Positions 56,046 through 64,000 of a stretch of DNA of 64,000 nt are shown here, piece after piece. Below the pieces are notes generated by a model that had not been told where the DNA came from, made no database searches, and saw nothing but the letters and a program-made list of their open reading frames with translations. Source of the stretch: the human T2T-CHM13v2.0 reference genome, Homo sapiens. The stretch lies in NCBI RefSeq assembly GCF_009914755.1, contig NC_060928.1; one strand, written 5' to 3'. The translations under genes and the position numbers were made by a program. The first letter of the stretch is position 1. Every line of letters starts with the position of its first letter.

Positions 56046-56951
56046 TACTCTACTAAACATAAATATCATTTCTATGTATATTCAATTCAATACATATAAA
56101 TATAAATATCAATTAAATATATACATATATATAATATATATATGTATATATTCTTGGGGACTAGGCACACAAGCTGCCTAGGCAGAGAGAAAACCAATTT
56201 TTGTTAGCATCTCCTGATGTACCATTTGTGTGGTACATACAAAGCAAACACTTTTAGTGTTGTGGTTCCAGTGGAATCTTTCATAACCATAGCAAGAAAC
56301 ATTTGTATGATCACCATAAGGCCATATATTCAGATCCTCGGTAGTTTAGAATTGGAAAATTGAATGCTAGGGATTAATGAGACTCTGCTAGGAGCCTTTG
56401 TTGATCATAAATTTTTCTTCAACATTTACAATTACTTTAATTGCTAGAACTCAGATATTTAGTATAAAAAATAATCCATGCTAAACTGAAGTATGGCAGT
56501 TGTAATTTTTTCCCCCTAGAATGTAATTGTCTGTCTGCCTGCTCCATCATCTGGCTGCTTCTGCATGATGCTTCACTGTCATCTTAATTGTTTGTGCCAG
56601 TTGAAAATACCTTTTCCTCTTACCTGTCAGGAAGCCTACATTTCTACATTTACAGATTTATTTCTCAGGAATCTTTGGTTAGAATGTAAAATTCTTTGCA
56701 AGTGAAGGAGAGTCATATATCAGGGTTGTATAAATTGTTAAAACATTGATGTGAATTTTGTTCATAGTATACATTAAACTACTCAGCAATCAGTTATGTA
56801 CAATAGGTTTGATAAACTGGATCATTTTGCCCTCTTCTGGATCTTACTCCCTAAATATCTCTTAAATCTCCCTGAATCTTTTCATCCTCACCATTCTTGT
56901 GTTCTTTCATCTGAGTAATACCCTTCTAATTAGGCTTCTAGTCTGGAGTCC

Positions 56952-57141
56952 AGTGTTCTCAAACTCTAGTGTGGGTAAGAATTATCTTGGGGTGCTTGTT
57001 AAAGTATTCGGGGTCTCTGATCCTACTTTCAGAAATACTGACTTATCCAATATGGGGCTTGGGTCTGGGAATTTGCATTTTAAAAAGTTTCCAAATGATT
57101 ATGATGCAGGTGGTTCATGGATCATACCCTGAGAAACACTT
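56952..57141. mobile_element. MER5A-like hAT MITE
   Basis: cagtgttctcaaact...gggaatttgcattttaaaaagtttcc...tgagaaacact terminal inverted repeats. Confidence 0.8.
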
Positions 57142-57174
57142 TCTTGATTGTCTAATCTAAAATACCCGTTCCAC

Positions 57175-57302
57175 GCTAGCATGGTGGTGTGTGTCTGTAG
57201 TTTCAGACACTGGGGAGGCTGATGTGGGAGGATAACTGGAGTCCAGCTTTGGCAACACAGGGAGAGAGACCCTGTTCCTAAAAAAAAAAAAAAAAAAAAA
57301 AA
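57175..57302 (+). mobile_element. FLAM-like Alu monomer with poly(A)
   Basis: gcatggtggtgtgtgtctgtag...ggaggctgatgtgggagga...gagaccctgt followed by an A-run. Confidence 0.75.
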
Positions 57303-57440
57303 GAAGAATTAAAGTAGCACATCCCCCTCCAACCCTTGCCAAAGTTAGCCTTATTACATCACCTTGATTTTCTCCCAGAAAGCACTCATGAGGCCTTCCT
57401 TCTACCATTAGTAGAAGGAAGTATACCATAGTATAAATAA

Positions 57441-57788
<348 letters not shown>

Positions 57789-57799
57789 ACATCAAGGTT

Positions 57800-58480
57800 T
57801 TAACATTAGAATATAAGTTCTCTGAGGGCAGGGCCTTGTCTGCCCTGTTCACCTCTGTATCTGTACCACCTAGTCTTAGGGCCTGCCTACAATGGTACTT
57901 AATAAGTATTTTAATGAATGAGTGGATGCTTGAATAGATTGCTTAGGCATTGGTCCTAGTCTTCAGTACACTTTTCTCACTTTTTAATTTTCAGAATGGC
58001 ATTTCTGATCTTATCATTCTCTTCCTTAAAATTTCTGTGGTCTCTGGCTCACTTACAGGAGGAATGTAAACTCCTTCACACAAAAGACTTGCACAATCTC
58101 ACCCCAAACTTTCTTACAGACTCATTTAGAACTACTATCCCAGTATCCTCTCTTTTTAGCTAACTCATTCCTCAAAAGTTAGCAGATTTTATTTCACACG
58201 TCCATGCTTCAGCTCATGCTGTTTTCTTGCCTGGAATGTCCTTCCTCCTTTTCTGCTCTCCCAACCCGTTTGAATTCTTGTTCTTCTAAATTTTAATAAA
58301 TGTAACTTTCTCTGTGAGGTCTTTTTTAGTTCTTCCAGTTATTTGTTTGTTATTGGTGGTCCCACCTCACCCTTTGCCTGCATTTTAGGCATTTCCTATG
58401 TTACTTTGTGTCTCTCTTCTTTGAATCCCAGGGGTTTAGGACAGTGTCTCTCATGTGGTAAATATTTAATAAATAATCCT
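57800..58480 (+). mobile_element. L2 relics (two 3' ends)
   Basis: ctgagggcagggccttgtc...aataagtattttaatgaatgagtg; gcctggaatgtccttcc. Confidence 0.7.
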
Positions 58481-59169
58481 TAAGAAATTTATAAAAATGT
58501 ACTTTTTTCCAGAATTGAGAATGGTGCTAGGAAGTGTCAGACAACTTATTCTCCAATATCAAACCTCATTTTTAATCTTGGCTGTAATGATATCAGAAGG
58601 AGTAAGTCAAGAGAGGGCCTTAGAGTGCCCTGAATTCCTTGGACAAATACATTTCTTTTCCTTACTTGGCTCAATGCCTGAAATTTTCAGCAATAAATAT
58701 CTTTTTTCCTTAATGGCATCAAAGATTTTTTTAAACAGTAAGTGTAATACTGGGAGTTTTGTTCTGTGATTTGGCCAGTTGGGGGCTGAGAAAGATAAAC
58801 TCTAAAGGGAGAAGGAAAACATAATAGCTAAGGATTTATGAGGGCACTGAAATGGCAGATCCAGCTCAGTCCATGTAATATGGTGAAGGAACTAGGTCTC
58901 TCAAGAGTATGGGCAAAGTTCCAGTGTGACTTTTATTACGTAATATCCATTAAAATTCATTCAATCATTAATTTATCCATCTGCGTATTAATTTTTCTAT
59001 TTTTAAACTAATTGTCCACTAGACTAGGAGAGGGACCAACAAAAGAAGATAATAAATGTATCAGAACACAGGTATGCTCAGAAGTAGAGGCACTGCGTAC
59101 CCCTGATGGTGGGGTATAGAGAGTTTGTTTAACAGAGTTTTACACCTAAGTTTTTAGTGAGACACAATG

Positions 59170-60378
59170 ATATCGTAGATGTGAAATTTCAGAACAAGGT
59201 TTCAGATCATCAAGGGCAGCATTGTTAACAAAAGAAATAGAGGAACTTGTTCCATGTATCTTGGTTTCATCACTTATTTGTGAAATCTCCCCCCAAAAAT
59301 GTTTAGAGAGTGGAGAACAAATCACTTCACTCCAAAGCTGGTTAATAAAACTTTGATTTATTCTCCACTCTCTCAACATTTTTGGGGGGGGGGGGGTGGA
59401 TTTCTTACCAGTTTCTTAGGAGAGAGGTTTTAAAATTCCTCTTTTTTTTCTTCAAATCTAGTGAAGAAGGCTTCCTTTGGACCACTTAGAGATATTAAAA
59501 TGTGTTCTCTGTACTGGGAGGAGGGGAAACATACTGAGGTCTGATTCATGCTTGAGGAAGGTAGTAGAATGCAGGTTACCGTGTACTTCCTGGATTTGCT
59601 AGGGCAAGGTGAGAGAGCTATCTGGAAGCTCTTTAATCCTAACCCAAGAGGTCTTCTGCTTCTGGACAAGTGGATCCCAAGAGTAATGTCTCTGTGGGGT
59701 AACAACCTCTGGAAAATCAGAGTTTGAGGGAACATTTCTATTTCCATCTAAAGGAAAACATGCATTTCCCATGTCAAGGAGCTACAGGAAGTTCCTAACG
59801 CATGGAAATTTCCCAGGATCCCACACAGATACCAAGGAAAGAGTGAGCCTTAAACAGCTGTCATCTAGAGCACCCTAACTCAGATAGTAATGTCACTCTG
59901 TGAAAACTTGTCTTTTCCCCCAATCTCTAACATGAGAGTGGAGAGAAGCTTACATAAGCAGACTGGAGGGAGGTGAAAAAGTGGGGATGGATAAAAGAAA
60001 AACTGACCACATACTCATTCCTGGTTTTGTTTGTTGGAGACCCCAGGCTGGGGAAGGGAACAAGATTTGCCACTAAATTAAAATGTAGGACTTGAAGATT
60101 GTTCAAGATAGAGCATGTTGATTAATTACAAATTAAGTCTGTGTTTGTGAGTTACAGGGGACTGTGAGTCTAAGGGCAACCCCAGTGTGTAGGTCAAATG
60201 GAAATTTCCATCTCAGGGCAAGGAAAGTAGTGTTGAATATAACTTAAAGTTGCTGCAGGAGATAAAATAAGTAAGCCAATAAGTAAAAATAAAATTAAAC
60301 AAACAACAACAACAAAAAAACAAATTAAATGCATCGTGCTTTGATTCTGTCACAAGTTCTGCTTATGTAACATCTACA
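59170..60378 (+). mobile_element. LTR78/79-like ancient long LTR
   Basis: ccccaggctggggaagggaacaagatt...attaattacaaattaagtctgtgtttgtga and ~1.2-kb extent. Confidence 0.45.
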
Positions 60379-61091
60379 CTATAAGCACAGTTAGATGCTC
60401 AGAAACCTGCCAGCAGACGAGGGAGTTTTTGCTACCCTGTGGGAAATGAGAATTTTACTCTCTGAAGAGTGAAACCAGACTTTGGGTTTCAGATCTCAGG
60501 CAGAGCTAAAGGCAGAAGTTAGTTGCCATAGTGATAACAACAGGATTATGTGAAAGTCTGAATATTGAAGGGCAAATTCTCCTTCCCCTGCCCCACTCAG
60601 TTCATAAAATTCTGGAATCCTCCAGGGATAAGAGTGTAAGACTTATCTTTGGAGAAAATGCACAGATCAAACAGTGTGATATGCACATAATAGTACAGTG
60701 GTATTATTTTTAATGAAGCCCAACACTTAGCTCTGATTCTCCTCTCCATGCACACCAAACTTCCATTGATATTTTTCGTGCTGTTAAATAAAAACAGAAA
60801 TCCATGAATCATCCAAGAAAATGTCAATTGTGAAAGATGGTGACCAAAGTTAATTAGGAGGAAATAGAGACAATACAGGAAAAAAGGGAAGAAAACTGAA
60901 AGGAAAAAGAAACATAGTTAATAACTCAGAAAGATAAAAGATGTTACAAGAAAGAGAAAAATGAAAAAGAATGTAATAAGAATCATGGAACAAGTAAATA
61001 TCTTGGAAGTTTAAAAGTCATTACATGGTGCTGGTATAGCAGACAGAAGAATGAATCTGGACCTGTACCTTTCACCATATGCAAATATTAA

Positions 61092-64000
<2,909 letters not shown>

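Noticed and set aside
59384-59396. G13 homopolymer as a G-quadruplex element
   Set aside because: Isolated run inside an old LTR-like region, with no other support.

Overview
AT-rich, CpG-depleted primate (human-like) genomic DNA dominated by interspersed repeats: young and old LINE-1s, Alus, L2/MIR/CR1 relics, MaLR/ERVL/ERV1 LTRs and hAT/mariner MITEs. I recognise no intact protein-coding gene, RNA gene, CpG island or CRISPR array. The long ORFs are LINE-1 ORF2 C-terminal remnants or a THE1 internal ORF; most other ORFs are antisense-repeat or chance frames. Subfamily names come from my recollection of consensus sequences, and boundaries of old repeats are approximate. The best leads are four. 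(1) Three L1PA copies share non-consensus bases; two of them form a tail-to-tail inverted pair with almost identical 5' truncation points, suggesting ectopic gene conversion. (2) A 457-nt Glu-rich block bounded by splice signals looks like a decayed exon. (3) An ancient 510-bp-period duplication reads like a duplicated 69-nt exon on the minus strand. (4) Scattered exon-like segments may belong to a lncRNA or a lost gene. None of these is proven from sequence alone.
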